Source: Octopus vulgaris
Taxonomy: Eukaryota
DNA length: 64,000 nt
NCBI GenBank assembly: GCA_951406725.2
Contig: OX597815.1
Coordinates: forward strand, 187,612,001-187,676,000
Direction of reading: 5' to 3'
In this document: piece after piece, positions 12,707 to 27,284 of the stretch
Position numbering within the stretch: position 1 is the first letter of the stretch
Layout: every line of letters begins with the position of its first letter
Translations under genes and position numbers: made by a program
Notes under the pieces: model-generated
The model's database searches: none
What the model was told of the DNA's origin: nothing
The model's input: the letters and a program-made list of their open reading frames with translations, nothing else

Positions 12707-13361
12707 TAGGCACAGGCATGGCTGTGTAGCAAAAAGTTTACTTCCTAACCACGTGGTTCCAGGTTCAGTCCTACTGTGTGGCACTTTGGACAAGTGTTTT
12801 CCACCATAGCCTTGGTCCACCCTAAGCTTTGTGAATACATTTGGTAACAGAAACTGAAAGAAGCCTGTCATATATATAATAATAATAATAATAATAATAG
12901 GAAGTAAAACTCCAAACTTACAGGGAAAAATTCAATTTAGTATTAAATCAAATTTCACAATATAAATATATAATATATAAATTAGAGATAAAACCACTAT
13001 TATGCAACTCAAACAGTGATAGACATAAACCAAAACATAAATAACAAATAAAATATTAGGGAGTAAAATATATTTTATTTGTTATTTATGTTTTGGTTTA
13101 TGTATATCACTGTTTGAGTTGCATAATAGTGGTTTTATCTCTAATTTATATATTATATATGTGTGTGTGTGTGTGTGTGTGTATGCTTGTCCCTCACCAT
13201 TGCTTGAGAACCAAAGTTGGTGTGTTTACATATCAGATAACTTAGCGGCTCAACAAGAGAGACCGATAGACTAAGTACCGAGCTTGAAAAATGATAAGCA
13301 CTCGGGTCAATTCATTTGACTTAAATCCTTCAAGGTGTTGCCCCAGCATGGCCTGAAACAA
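12707..13361 (+). mobile_element. SINE family A interrupted in its (TA)n tract by a foldback element
   Basis: SINE halves at 12707-12876 and 13160-13361. Confidence 0.9.
12966..13160. repeat. Near-perfect inverted repeat (about 91-bp arms, 13-nt spacer)
   Basis: 12966-13056 is the reverse complement of 13070-13160 with one mismatch. Confidence 0.95.
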
Positions 13362-14054
13362 AAAAAAAAGGTGATACAGTATATGTAGTTTGAAATGTTG
13401 AAGTATATTGAGAAAATATATTACGACAGATTATTCGGTTTTGATGCTCTTGTATCCAGAATCAAGATTATTCCAGCAAAAGTGTTTTTATTAAGATTAT
13501 CATTTGAAAGTAAGAAATGTTTGAATGGTTCCAAGATAGGGATGTACCTAACCATATCAATTACATTGTTGTACTGTTGCCTAAAGCCGTGCCAGTGCAA
13601 TTCTTGAAGAGAATTTCCTGTATTTGGCATGTGTATATTGTGTTGATTTTGAGTAGTTTCAGTATAACTTTTAGGATTGGAATACATTTTCATAGAAAGA
13701 ATAAAAGAAATTGGCAAAGTCTAAGAAGTATATTTCTATTGATAGATATGCGTATTAGTTGAATGTAATTCTAGACAAATCATATGTGACCAAGTGTTGT
13801 ATTTTAAATGAGAAGCTACTGCCAGTCTTTTACTAAAGGATTATTTTGTAGTTCTTTAACTGTAATGTAACAGAGCATTCCTTCCTAAGCTACTCTAAAA
13901 AAAAAAAAAGATGTTAAGTTTTGGAATTGTTCCATAAAGCAACAAATGCCATTGTAAGAATATCCTCATTAACTATTGTGTATTTGTAATGAAGCAAAAT
14001 GGAACCGATTTTGAATTGTGAGAATAATGGAAATGGTCACAATATCCTTTTAAA

Positions 14055-14843
<789 letters not shown>

Positions 14844-15949
14844 CTTAAAAACATAAATCTGTTGGAATTTACTATTTTTTACATGTTTGTCAAGTTTGTT
14901 TTAATGTTTAACCTAATATTAAATTCAGTCCAACTTTTATTCTTAAATACACCATACATGCATGCATATGTGTGTGTGCGTCTGTTTGTCCCTCACCAGC
15001 ATTTGACAACCAGTGTTGGTGTGTTTACATCCTTGTAACTTGGTGGTATGGCAGGGGCAACCGATAGAACGAGTATCAGGCTTTCAGAAAATGATAAGTA
15101 CTGGTGTTGGTTCATTCGACTAAAAGTTTTCCAAGGTGGTGCCCCAGTATGGCCACAGTCTGGTGAGTGAGACAAGTAAAGGATAAAAGATGTATATATA
15201 TATGTGTGTGTATGAATAACTGACATTATGTCTTTAATAAATAGAATATTTAATTAAATCATCAGAGCATACAAGCAAATCTGTTTTAGCCTACTCTGCA
15301 CACTGATTTTTATTCTAAAATTAAACTTTGGCAAGTTCCTCAGTCCAAAAATAACATCAACAATTCTCTATAAAAATACAAAGAAAATAAAAATATATTC
15401 AAAACAAATAAAAATGATTTAAGTTAAAAAGAGCCTGTGTAATCTTGACATGTTTTTCTCTGAGAGAATTCTGTACATTTGTCTTACTTTATCTCTTCAA
15501 ATAAGAAACGTTGGTGCCATCAGACAGCCACAACAATATCTTGTTTCTGGTAATTTAGTATATATTTACTATTTCTGTCAAAGATTTGGTGCTATATGGT
15601 GTAATTTAAATTATATCCTATCATATAACTCTTTGGTCTCTAAACTACACACAATTCAAGTATAATAATTGTTGCTAAGAATATTTCTCTTGATGTTTCT
15701 ATAGATTACTATCTTGATTAGAATTCTCTCTCAAGCTGAGAAGATATTTTATTTTAGGCATTTTGTGATTAAAATCACTTTTTAGCTACATTTTTTTTTT
15801 CTTTTATTATTTCTTTTGAAATTAAGGTTACATGGAAGGCATCTTCATAATAAAGAAGTTAGTTAATCTTGGCAGCTGTGGATTTTGTTTTCCAATTTTG
15901 TAATATATTAAATATTTATGATATTGGTTTCACGTGGCCAACAATTTTT

Positions 15950-16130
15950 TTGGGGGTTATAAGTCCGTTACATTGACCTCAGTATTCAACTGGTACTTAT
16001 TTTATTGACCCTGTAAGGATGAAAGGCAAAGTCAACTTCTGCAGAATTTGAACTCAGAACCAAAAGACAGATGAAATGCTATTAAGCATTTTTGCTGGCA
16101 TGCTAACGATTCTGCCAGCTTGCCACCTTT
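15950..16130 (-). mobile_element. SINE family B (Nin/Deu-domain-like)
   Basis: Reverse of GACTTTGCCTTTCATCCTT..GGTC.ATAAA..AAGTACCAG plus tRNA-like head. Confidence 0.85.
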
Positions 16131-16331
16131 AGTAAATATATAATATTGTCATAATACAAAAATAAAATTATAATAAATCAGAATTTTGGTAAACTGGAGA
16201 TTAAGGTTTGAATCTTCCTGGAGCCTTGGTTCTTTTCTTAAGCAGTGCCCTAGCATGGCCACAGTTCAATGACTGAAACAAGTAAAGGACAAAAGATATT
16301 AATGAATCTCAAAGACATTATGGAAACTTAA

Positions 16332-16551
16332 CTGTTTACCATTTAAATGGGCTGTATCTGGCCCAAATATTCTACTCATTTTATGTTCAAACTGGCCATA
16401 TCTGGCCTCTCACATCTCTCCTACAATGTCATTCTGAAAATATACAATCACATCTTTGAAATCTCAAAGCAACATGATAATGCATGATTAATTTAAAACA
16501 GTGTGAAGAAATAAGTATTACAATTGGCAAAGTAATCTAAATTCTAAAAAG
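16332..16551. mobile_element. TTAA MITE family 2 (degenerate)
   Basis: Reverse-orientation homolog of 59051-59270. Confidence 0.7.
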
Positions 16552-18512
16552 TTACGGAAAGTTCTCTGTTATCTTCATTTCAGTTTAGAAGCAATTATGC
16601 CATAGAGAGTTAAATGCAATGTTATGCTTCGTTTCTGTACCTGGTTTGCCAGGTGCTTTATGCGAATTTGTATGTTGAAACAAATTTCGTTGTGTCTAGG
16701 GAGAGTCATTATGCGAACATTATTCACATGTGCACTTGTTCAAATCCGCTTCTTTATTATTAGTCAATTAGTTAAATATCCGACTAACTAATCAATTGTT
16801 TGTCTAATCTGGTTAAACAGTAAGTTGTAGTTTTTCATATGCATACATCATCGTTATCTCCATCATCATATAACGGCTGAATTTTATGTCATTGCAGTGC
16901 TTATATCATTTAAGTTCATAATGTTTGTATTGAAATATTTATTCGTTAGATGAACCCCTCTGTCACTGATATTTTATAACAACTCATTAATAGAAAAATT
17001 AATTGCCTTGTCAATGAGAATGCTTTGATATTACTGTCATTTAGCTGAATTTAATATGCATCATGAAATTAATAAAAATGTGTTGTATATATGTATACAA
17101 TATGTATCTTAATTTTTAGAATTGATACACCATGTTGACGCATGTTGTAAGAGGCCATTAAAAGGGTTGGCATCTTAAAGAACATCCAACTATAAAACTC
17201 AACCTCAAAAACATTGAAAAGCAGATGTAATAATGATGATGCATGCATGCATGTACAATTGCCCCTCTCTTTCTAGCCATTCATCTGTCTGTCTGTCTAT
17301 CATTTTGTCTTTATTTTTGCAAGATTTTCAATGTGAAGCCATGTGTTCATAGATATTGTTATTCTCTGGGAGGTTCATTCAACCAATATGAACACACACT
17401 GTTTACAATTCACTTCTTTATTGTTAACTACCCCATTAATTTTCGATAAGTTTGTTGGCTTGTTAAAAATAATTTTTGTCGCGCCTATCTGTAACCATCT
17501 CAATCAACTTCTTTCTGCAACTGATTTCCATCTTGTTATTTTTATGCTGTTAAACATCATTTGTATTTGTTGTGCTACTCTGTGTGTGTGTGTGTGTGTA
17601 ACTGGTGTTCCTGTGTGTGTTTTGTGGTTAGCCACTGTTGATGAGTGTATGTCTGTGCATTGTTTTTATTTTTCAAGTTCGTTAAACTCTCTATAAATTT
17701 CTTTTTTTTTTAATTTCAAAAAATTTTTTAGCTTGGTATTTCTTATTTTTGAATTGCAGTTTCACCTGAAGTAGACTTGATGTTCTTGCCGCAGTAACTG
17801 TAAGTCTTTTGCTAGCTTGTGATATTTCATTTTGTATTCATTTTTGCAAGATTTCTCATGTGAAACTGGGTGTTGAAACAGATTGTTGTGTTTTGGGAGC
17901 ATCATGTACTAATAAAACACTAACATACTAATCATAGTTCACTTGTTTATTGCTAACTAATCCATTAACTATTGATTAGTTTGTTTAGTCTCTTGTGATA
18001 TAATCTGCTGATTGCAAATATTTTAATAGCATCTGCTTCGTTAATTGTTATGCTTCTGAGATTTTTTCTTGTTTTTTGACTCTGTTGAATTACAAGATTA
18101 TACTATGTGAAATATTCATCAAAGATTGACATCTTTCCTGCTCGATGCTTCAAACTTGCACTTTGTGGATCGTGATCCTTATTTCCTTATCCAGTTTTTA
18201 AAAAATTTTAAGTTGTGCTTTGAGTACTGTCCACTTCTGTTGCATACCGTGGAAATATAGTTTGCGCATGTCATTTTGATGTCTGGTGTTACCAAGACTT
18301 TCCTGTTGCTTCTTCTGCATGGCCTTCAATTCCCATGGTGGAATTCAAGACCTGATGGACTTCTTTCCTTTGATAAAAGCAATTGTTTTTCACTTTGATG
18401 GCTTACATGTTTATAGTCCAGTCATTTTATCCAGTTCCCTTTTACCCAATGGTGTAAGCAGTGTATCTGTCAGTAAAGAAGCACAACTTGTATTCATAGG
18501 CATTTACTAGAA

Positions 18513-18774
18513 AATTCAATTCAATTCAATACAATTTTTATTGGCTCAAAAAGCAAAAGCAAGGCCATGTAGGGGGACTGGGAGTTATGTACAGGGAGGG
18601 TGGTAATACAAAGAGTTCAGGCCATTTCTGGTCAAGAGAGACTTTGAACCGAGCGGTCGTTGGCATCTTCACTATCTTGTTTGGCAGCTTATTCCATGGA
18701 TCCACAACCCGGACAGAGAAAGCCCCTCTCCTTCGATTGAGATGAAATCGTCGTAGATAGAGCTTTTCGGAGTG
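18513..18774 (-). mobile_element. CR1-type LINE 3' fragment
   Basis: Encodes HLNRRRGAFSVRVVDPWNKLP...ARFKVSLD (CR1 ORF2 C-terminus) followed by an (ATTGA)n tail. Confidence 0.85.
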
Positions 18775-19177
18775 AATTAAAGCTGGTAATAAAAGTAGGG
18801 GGAATATTGAGCTGTGTGGGATTGACACATTAATGGGGGACGGATCAGAAAAGTGATTTAGAAGGGAGAATTTGATAGATCTCTTGTTAAGGTAACTTTG
18901 CAACCCCAGAATATCATCCATGAATTTCAGCTTGGTATAAAAGTCAAACTGTCAAATGTTCCTTTGATATCTGAACTATACTTCACACTCACTGATCTGT
19001 TTCTCAGTAATCGTTCTGCTGTGGTTTGATTGCTTGTTGAATTGTCTTCCAAAAGTGAATCATTTTTTAGAAAAGATGGCCAGATGTTTTTGAAATATGT
19101 AGAATATAAATTTCTCTCGACAAGAAAGATGATTTGAATAAAAGTTTTTTGTATTTAAGTTGTATATGGTATCATAT

Positions 19178-19533
19178 TGTGGCACTCTGTCGGTTGCAAC
19201 AACGAGGGTTCCAGTTGGTCCAATCAACGGAACAGCCTGCTTGTGAAATTAACATGCAAGTAGCTGAGCACTCCACAGACATGTGTACCCTTTATATAGT
19301 CCTCAGGGAGATTCAGCATGAAACAGAGTATGAAATAGAGGTGCAACAGAAGCAGGAAGAAAGAGTGAGAGGAAGTTGTGGTGAAAGAGTACAGCAGGGT
19401 TTGCCACCATCCCCTACTGGAGCCTTATGGAGTTTTTGCTCAATAAACACTCACAACGCCCGGTCTGGAAATGAAACCACGATCCTATGACTGCCAGTCT
19501 GCTGCCCTAACCACTGAGCCATTGTGTCTCCAC
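19178..19533 (-). mobile_element. tRNA-headed SINE family D
   Basis: Minus-strand head TGGCTCAGTGGTTAGGGCAGCAGAC...GGTTTCATTTCC. Confidence 0.75.
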
Positions 19534-19690
19534 AGTATAGTATATGCAACAGACATACACTTGAACTATGATAAAAAAAAAAAAGGCAAAATGAGAAGGA
19601 GAAACCTTTGTAGTTTCTCCAAGACTGATGGAAGATGAAGAGAGGAAGCAAAACATGACTTAGAGGTTGATACAGTAGTAAGTTGATACA

Positions 19691-19852
19691 GTAGGTACAG
19701 GCATGGCTGTGTGGTAAGGTTTGCTTCCCAACCACATGGTGCAGGGTTCAGTCCCACTGTGTAAGACTTTGGGCAAGTGTCTTCTACTATAGCCTCAGGC
19801 CAACCAAAGCCTTGTGAGTGGATTTGGAAGATGGAAATTGAAGGAAGCCCAT

Positions 19853-19886
<34 letters not shown>
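19691..19886 (+). mobile_element. SINE family A, 5' half ending in (TG)n
   Basis: Homology to 10381-10580. Confidence 0.9.
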
Positions 19887-19891
<5 letters not shown>

Positions 19892-21837
19892 GTGTTTTAC
19901 TTAAGTAATGTCTATGACAAAGACAGAAGTGGGGAGGGCAACTATCAGGATGAGATAACTAAGTACCAAAGCCATTGATAGTATGTTGTACAATAGACCA
20001 GTCCAAACAATACCACCACAAAAATTATAAATGTTAAATGATAATAATATATCCTGAAAATAAATTTACAATACAAGTTGTCCATAAATAATTTAAGACC
20101 AGACATAACATTTTAAAATATAAGAAATAAACTTCAAAATAATTTTAGGTTTGTATAAAATAATTTACATGTGTTTGTGCAAATTGTCTTTGCTTTTGTT
20201 GTTGAAGCAAATGAAAATGGATTGAATCCTTTCAAATTATTGACTATTTAGTCCTTATATCAATAGGAAAGGTTTAGATCAGGAATTGGGGAATTTTTTT
20301 TTTATAAATCTGAAGGTCACATTGAAAGTAAGTATATTTTAATAAGCTTCCATTGAAGAACATTTATTATGAGTTTTAAAGAAAGAATGTGACTATATTG
20401 TGAAAATGTAATTATGAAACATAAACTTTAGGAATATTAATGAAACTATCTTATATTTTTTATGATGTTCTTAAATTATGACAAATATATATAACACTAT
20501 ACAATCAACAAAAAATGTATTTTTTTCATACAAAACCAGACTTCTTCCAGGAGGCTGCATTTAAGAGCATCAAAAGCTGTAAGTGCTCCACCTTTAGTTT
20601 AAATAGTGTTTCAAAGTTATATTCAAGCTGTAACAATATTTCTACTTCTATGAATTAATTATAATTCCATGTGACAATAATTTATTTTCTCATCACCATA
20701 ATTATTATTTTTGGAATAATGGCTGGAAATTTAGCTTCATCTTTTAATTTTGGAAATCTATGCAAATGGATGTTTAATTTCCATTTAATTTTAGATATGA
20801 ATATGCAAATAGAAAACATTACCCAGTTTACAATCAGTTTGGTAACGTTTGTATTGGTATAATCATGTACAAATAATTAGGAAAATAATCCTACTTAATT
20901 ACTAGCATTATTATAAACTTCTATCACAGTTATGTCATCATTAAAGAATGTTTGCAAACTGCCACACAGAAGCAAATATCAGTTGATGTTGTCATATCTC
21001 TAAATCATTATGTTTTTTTATATTTTTGTTTACCATCTCTTCATTTCTATGAAATATTCTTCTACCTCTGTATGGTTTTTGATAAAAGATGGAATAATAA
21101 TGTTGAGATCTTAAAATACAACTCCCATCGGGGTCAAGTAATTTTTACAGATATCAAATGCTTTTCTAGAATTTTACTCAATTCCGTCCCCTGTAATAAT
21201 TTAAGTAATTTATCAAAGGAATTTCAAACACCATTTTTTTTTTTTCTTTTTACGTCATATTTGTGTTGCCTCCTCCCTTAGACATTCATCATCCAGTTAT
21301 ACTGATGAGTCATTTGTTTAATCAAAGCACTTAATCAGTTGCTGAATTTATGAATTAAGAGTTAACAACCAAGTCAGCAGTATTTTTGATGAAGTTTTAC
21401 CAAGTTGCTCTTTCATTACAAATTTTCAATTTTGTGACATTCACTGACCCATTGGCAACAATCAAGAAATCTCACTTGGTGCATATCTCACTGTCTTAAA
21501 AAAAAAAAATGGACATGTTAGATAATGTAGACCTAGATTCAGATGAGTAAAAGAAGAAATAATAACGACTGGAATACTCTTGAACAAACACTGACACAGA
21601 CAGGGCTGACCGGGGGCTAAAACAACAACAATAACATGTGAATAATATTTGTATTGTAAAACTGATTATTTCATTTACCTGCTTTTCTTTTCAATATTTT
21701 TGATTGCAATTTATTTGGAAGTTTTGCTAGTGTGTTCATATTCAGATTTGGTTTTATTTGGTTTAAGTACAGGAGAAAACTCTGGACATGTTTCTGATTT
21801 ATAATAGCCTCACCAGCAAATCAACCTTATCTGTATT

Positions 21838-22297
21838 AACTTAAATTATGAATTATTAACTTAAAATCTTCAAAGCCACAGTTGAACCAATTCTACTATA
21901 TGGCTCAGAAACTTGGACGTTATCAAAGAAGCATGAGAGGCAGTTGGATGGAACTTACACTCGCCTCCTTATGAGAGCTCAAAATCTCTCATGGAAGCGT
22001 CATCCAACTAAAGTACAAATATATGGGAAATTACCACCTGTATCATCTCTTGTGAAAGGTAGAAGAGTCCAGTTTGCTGGACATTGTTGTAGAGCTGAAA
22101 ATGAGGTAATTTCTACTCTTCTCCTCTGGAAGCCATCTGCTCACGATACCAGAGGGCGCACACTCTCCTACCCTGATGTAATCTCCAGGGATACAGGCAT
22201 CCAGCAACAGGACCTCCATAATGCTATGATGGACCATGAAATTTAGCGTAACATAGTAAATTCCATTGTCTCGACCACGGTTGAACAATGATGATGA
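21838..22297 (+). mobile_element. 5'-truncated RTE-clade LINE with TSD
   Basis: IFKATVEPILLYGSETWTL...RRVQFAGHCCR...LLLWKP; (ATG)n tail; 11-bp TSD TTATCTGTATT at 21827-21837 and 22298-22308. Confidence 0.9.
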
Positions 22298-22643
22298 TTA
22301 TCTGTATTTTAAGAAGTAGGGTTAAGAGAATTACTAAATAAATATGCAAAATTGTGCATTGGTGAGAGGAAGAAAATAGACTTGTTTAGAGATTATGTTA
22401 TTCGAAATGATGAAGGCTATGCTTTGCTGATAAGGCCATGATAAGACTCTACTGTAATCTATCCTGAATTATCTTCCATACTTGTTGGATTATGATAATG
22501 ATATCAATCAATGACTAGCATTATTTTATCTTATCACAAAAACATAATTATTTCTTTCTAGTTAGGTTTTAATGCTCCTCACAGTGAATATGTTAACACC
22601 ACTAACTTGCCTGTTGTCTTTTTAGTGAATGGTATCTTTAGAT

Positions 22644-23058
22644 TCATCATCATCATCATTTAATGTCCATTGTCCATGTTGGTATGAGTTGAATGGTTTG
22701 ACTGGGCTGGCATGCTGGAAGGCTGCACCAGACTCCAGTCTGGTTTGGCATCATTTTCTACGGCTGGATGCTCTTCCTAACACCAACCACTCTGAGCATG
22801 TAATGGGTACTTTATGTGCCTCCAGCACGGGTGCCATTTGCATGACACCGGGGTGCTTTTATGTGCCACTGGCACAGGTGCCAATTTGCGTGACACCAAT
22901 ATCTGCCACGACTGTGATTTTGCTTGGCTTGAAGGGTCTTCTTCTCAAGCATGATATAATGCCAAACATCTTGGTCGTTGCCTCTGTGAAGCCCAACACT
23001 TGAAAAGAACTCAGCCACTTTGCTTCTGTGAGGCCCAATACTTGAAAAGAACTCAGCT
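22644..23058 (-). mobile_element. SINE family C ((GAT)n RTE-type tail, internal tandem units)
   Basis: Homologous to 47655-48267 and 48845-49315. Confidence 0.85.
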
Positions 23059-23319
23059 ACTAGTTTCTAGATCACTTAAAATCAATTAATGTATTAATTT
23101 TTCTAAATTTTACTCTATCCAATAATCAAAACTTACATTAAGATTAATATTATTGTGATGGAGATTAATACTTCTGAGTTTTTATCAAAGCAATATAATA
23201 ATTACACCCACATGCATGCATAGGAAATTAATATTAAAATTATGTTCTGTTGCCTCTCTGATTTTCTATTTGTGTAAAAGCTAAAAAAGAAATAAGAGGA
23301 GAAAGCTGTGCTAGATGTA

Positions 23320-23537
23320 TGAGGGAGTGCTGAAAAGTTCCTGGTTTTAAGGGTATTGTTAAAGGCCTGGCTGGAGGCCCAACATTCTGAGTTCTTTTAC
23401 AGGACTTAGGAAAACTGAAGAACAGCTGTAATAAGCGTGTGAATCTGAGAGGGCAATATGTTGAGTAAAATCATTATTAACTGATTCTCCTGTATTTTCT
23501 TTTTACCCAGAGTCAGAAACTTTTTAGCACCCCCTTG
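23320..23537. mobile_element. Tc1/mariner-type MITE (uninterrupted copy)
   Basis: TA TSD; TIRs TGAGGGAGTGCTGAAAAGTTCC / GAAACTTTTTAGCACCCCCTTG. Confidence 0.8.
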
Positions 23538-25396
23538 TATAATGTTAGCATGCATGAACAATGGAGAGAGAAGTGGCTGGGCATAAAACAAATGAAATAT
23601 AGTGTATAAGAATCGAAACTGTGCTGATACAGATATAAAATGTGTATGAAAGGTGATAGTTCAGTAAAGAAATGCCAAGAAGAAGGAACTAGTTTTAGAG
23701 GAAAACCAAGGGAAATATAGAAAGATGCAGTGAAAACTGATTTCAAGAGGCAGAACTTCTTAATGAATATGATAAAGGACTTCAACAAATGATGAAATGC
23801 TCAATTGAAGAAGACGTGACCAACTTATACAAATATTAATAAAAAGAAATAAAATCACCATTATTGTTTTACATCCAATTTTCCACATTGGCATGGGTTA
23901 GACAGATTTTGTAAGGCAGTGTTTTATAGTTGGATGCCCTTCCTGTCATCAGCCCTTTTAGTTGCTTCACATGCTATTCAGGGGGCGTGGTGCAGCTGTT
24001 ATAAAACTGAAATCTGAAAGGATAATGATGAGGATGATTCATAGAATATTAGAAAATTTCTAATATATAATATAAAGGGGGCAAATAAAATACATACAAT
24101 AAAGCCATATTGAACATGAAAAATGAATTGAAAATTGGCATGCACAGTATATTGTTGCACCAACTGCACAATTCATTATTAAGAAAGCTATGTTGAATAT
24201 GATGGAGGTGAATAAATATACATGATGTAATACAGAAATATGTAACAGTTACACTGCTCAAGCTAACAGATGCAATATTTTATATTTTCCCCGATATAAA
24301 TTTTATTGGTTTAATCAAATCCATTAATATTTCAATCACATGCAGTATCCCCCCCAGAGTAGCATTATTAATCAACAACTTGGCTGCTCTCCAATTCCTG
24401 TTACAGTTGTAGACTTTGAATCCACATAATAGAGACTTGAGAATTCCAAACAGCAATTTTGTGAATGCAATTAAAGCAGATGTCTTGGAGACGATTGTCA
24501 GTTTTTATTTAAAATGATACTTTAAACACAGATTAATTCACACACACACAGACATACTTACAAATACTCACACACACACATACACACATGCATATACTCT
24601 TACATCTTTTTCTCAGCTCATCTATAACTATCTTTCGGGCTTATCTTATACATTCTATTAATCATTCTCTGTTCATGTCTTGCTTGGAATTGGGGATCTT
24701 ATTTATTGCTATGCAACAACATAATTCTTTTATGCAAAGAGATAGCTCATTTGTTGTTAAAAGGTGGCTCTCTAAATATATTCCAGTTACTATAGGATAT
24801 ATCTACATATTTTCGTACCGTCAAATCACCTCTGTCACTGATTAAGTTGCACACATAATATTATCTAAACAATTGATTTATTGGGATTATCTTCAAGACT
24901 CTGGACTCTTGACCTCTTAACAAGTTTTAAAATCACTTTCAGTTTTCCATATCAATGCTGAAAAGAAAAAACATAGTATTTGTTTAAGTGAATTCCTAAT
25001 GCAACTCTATTGTGTATTATGTTCTGAGAAGTTTCAGCATTAATGCAGAATCAAAAAAGTTAAACGAAGAAACCTGGTCTCTTATTGGAACCAAAGCTTT
25101 AACTGCCTAAAAGATATATCAAGGTACATTTAGCATCCTTCCTATGCAAATTAACTTGACATCCAAATTAATTTCCCTTGTGGCTGTTCAGACTTGAACA
25201 AATTATACTCTTTCCATTTTCAATTAATTATTTTATTTATAAATATTCTTCCAAATCAAGAAAGAAGCAAAATACATCATGGAAGTTTATTTTCCCAATA
25301 AAACAAATCCAAGCTATCAGCTTAATCCAACAATGTTACCAACACATTATCTCGTATCATCTGGACAAAAGGTTGCATAAATGTTTTTTGAAGGAA

Positions 25397-25529
25397 GACA
25401 ACATAAGGATATGATAGATGCTTGATGGACTAATTATTATCTAACTACCTATGTAAGTCTATTGACAACATAAGGATATGATAGATGCCTGATGGACTAA
25501 TTATCTAACTACCTATGTAAGTCTATTGA
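25397..25529. repeat. Tandem duplication, 67-bp period, 2 copies
   Basis: GACAACATAAGGATATGATAGATGC...GTAAGTCTATT occurs twice, with a 3-bp indel and 1 substitution. Confidence 0.95.
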
Positions 25530-26378
25530 ATGGAGACCAAAAATAATATTTAGCATTGTTGTATGTCACTTCAGTCGTTGCAAGTAGCACAGATGCTATA
25601 AGGAAATATCTGGGTATTGAGGCTCATGTATTCTTCTGTTATCTCTGTGTCTTTCAGTTATTCAAGAAACAACTCACTCAAAGTCAGCTTAACTCCATCC
25701 ATCATACATTGTTCTTCTATCAATATAAGCTTCGTGTCCTTATGCTTCTGTCAAATACGGATGATAGATTATTTACTTCCCTCAGCTCACTATCCTTTTG
25801 TTTAAATTCGATGTCAGTTCAGACAAAATTATAGGTGAAATCACAAACCTATGACAACCCAATGAAAGAAAATTGTCCAAGGGTGATGGACACATAAAGG
25901 GGACACTCTAAGATCACTCACTGTTAATAAAAATTTATGACGATGGTGATAGATACTGAACAGGGAAGAAGACAAAGTGAGGACTGGGATTTTCATTTAT
26001 GACTTTTCCCACTTGCTCTGACATGTTGGAAATGAGTACAATAGATCAGCAGTTATCAAGGTCAGAGAGGGCACTGCCCTTCCTCTTTTTTTTTTTTGGT
26101 CAGCAGACACATGGTTGTAAGTTGGAATGGATATCACATGAAAGAAAAATGTTGAAGAATGTGAAGACAACAGGTACCGGCTCAAGAGATCAGTGTTATA
26201 GAGTGACAGCAGGTCAGTGTCAGGTTCTTATTTATGGTAATTTTTTTTTGTGAAATGAGTTATATCAAGCTGATAATCCTATGGAGATAAAGACTGTTAT
26301 GGGAGAGCAATGCTTGAGCTTGGAGAATCACCAAGCATGTTGGTCGGCTAATGAGACTAATTAGTTCAGACACTTCAT

Positions 26379-26742
26379 AATTATCTCCGCATTAGCGAAG
26401 GTGGAGGTATTGTTTTCAGTTGTGTTTGTTTGTCCATGGATAAGATATCACAATAAACCACTTGGATGGATTCGGATGAAACTTTTAGAGATGTTTGGCC
26501 TCATGACTAGCATGAACTGATTAGATTTTGGGATTGATCTGGTACCAGATAAGGATTCTCGATTATTTTTCTGGTTTTTTACTTAGATTTTGAGAGCAGT
26601 TGGGTTCATTTTTAGTATTTTCGTTTGTGAGAGCAGCTAAGGTTATTTCAGATATTCTCATTTTAAAAATCGTCTCCAGCTAATTGTTAAAAGGATAGGG
26701 GTGTTACCTAGATGGAGGTTTGCGCTCTCTGAGTGCTCTTGC
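26379..26742 (+). mobile_element. Helentron-associated (HINE/DINE-1-like) element
   Basis: 5' TTATCTCCGC..GGAGGTATTGTTTTC with (GTTT)n; 3' sub-terminal inverted GATGGAGGT followed by hairpin GCGCTC-TCT-GAGTGC. Confidence 0.7.
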
Positions 26743-26794
26743 TGGTATTCATGTTAAGTGTGGTGAGAGTGAGAGGGTGAAGAATAGTTTTTTT

Positions 26795-27188
26795 TATTCT
26801 TTCACTTGTTTCAAGAAGCACTTTGAAAAATTTTAGTCAAATGAATTGAGTCCAGAACTTATTTCTTTTAATGCTTGGTACTTATTCTGTCAGTCTCTTT
26901 TACCAAACCACTAAGTTATGGGGATATAAATACACCAACACTGGTTGTCAACACTGGTTGTCAAGCAGTGGTGGGGTACAAACACAGCACACACACATTT
27001 ATACCTACATCACACACACACCTATACATACGTTGGGCTCCTTTCAGATTTTGCCTGGCTTTTGCAAGGCTTTGATCAGCCTGAGGCTGTAGAAGAAGAC
27101 ACTTGCCCTTGGTGCCGTGCAGTGAGACTGAACCCAGGACCATGTGGTTGGGAAGCAAACGTCTTACCACACAGCTATACTTGTGTGT
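26795..27188 (-). mobile_element. SINE family A (older copy)
   Basis: Homology to 10381-10793. Confidence 0.85.
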
Positions 27189-27284
27189 ATTTAAATCACT
27201 GATGATAACAACTTGAGAGAGAAAAGTGAACTGAGATAAATAGCTTCAATGCTAACTGGACAGAGAGATAGATAAGTGATTTCA

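Noticed and set aside
17636-17675. TTGATGA followed by hairpin GTGTAT/GTGCAT
   Set aside because: No GAAA or cleavage triplet after the stem, so not a hammerhead
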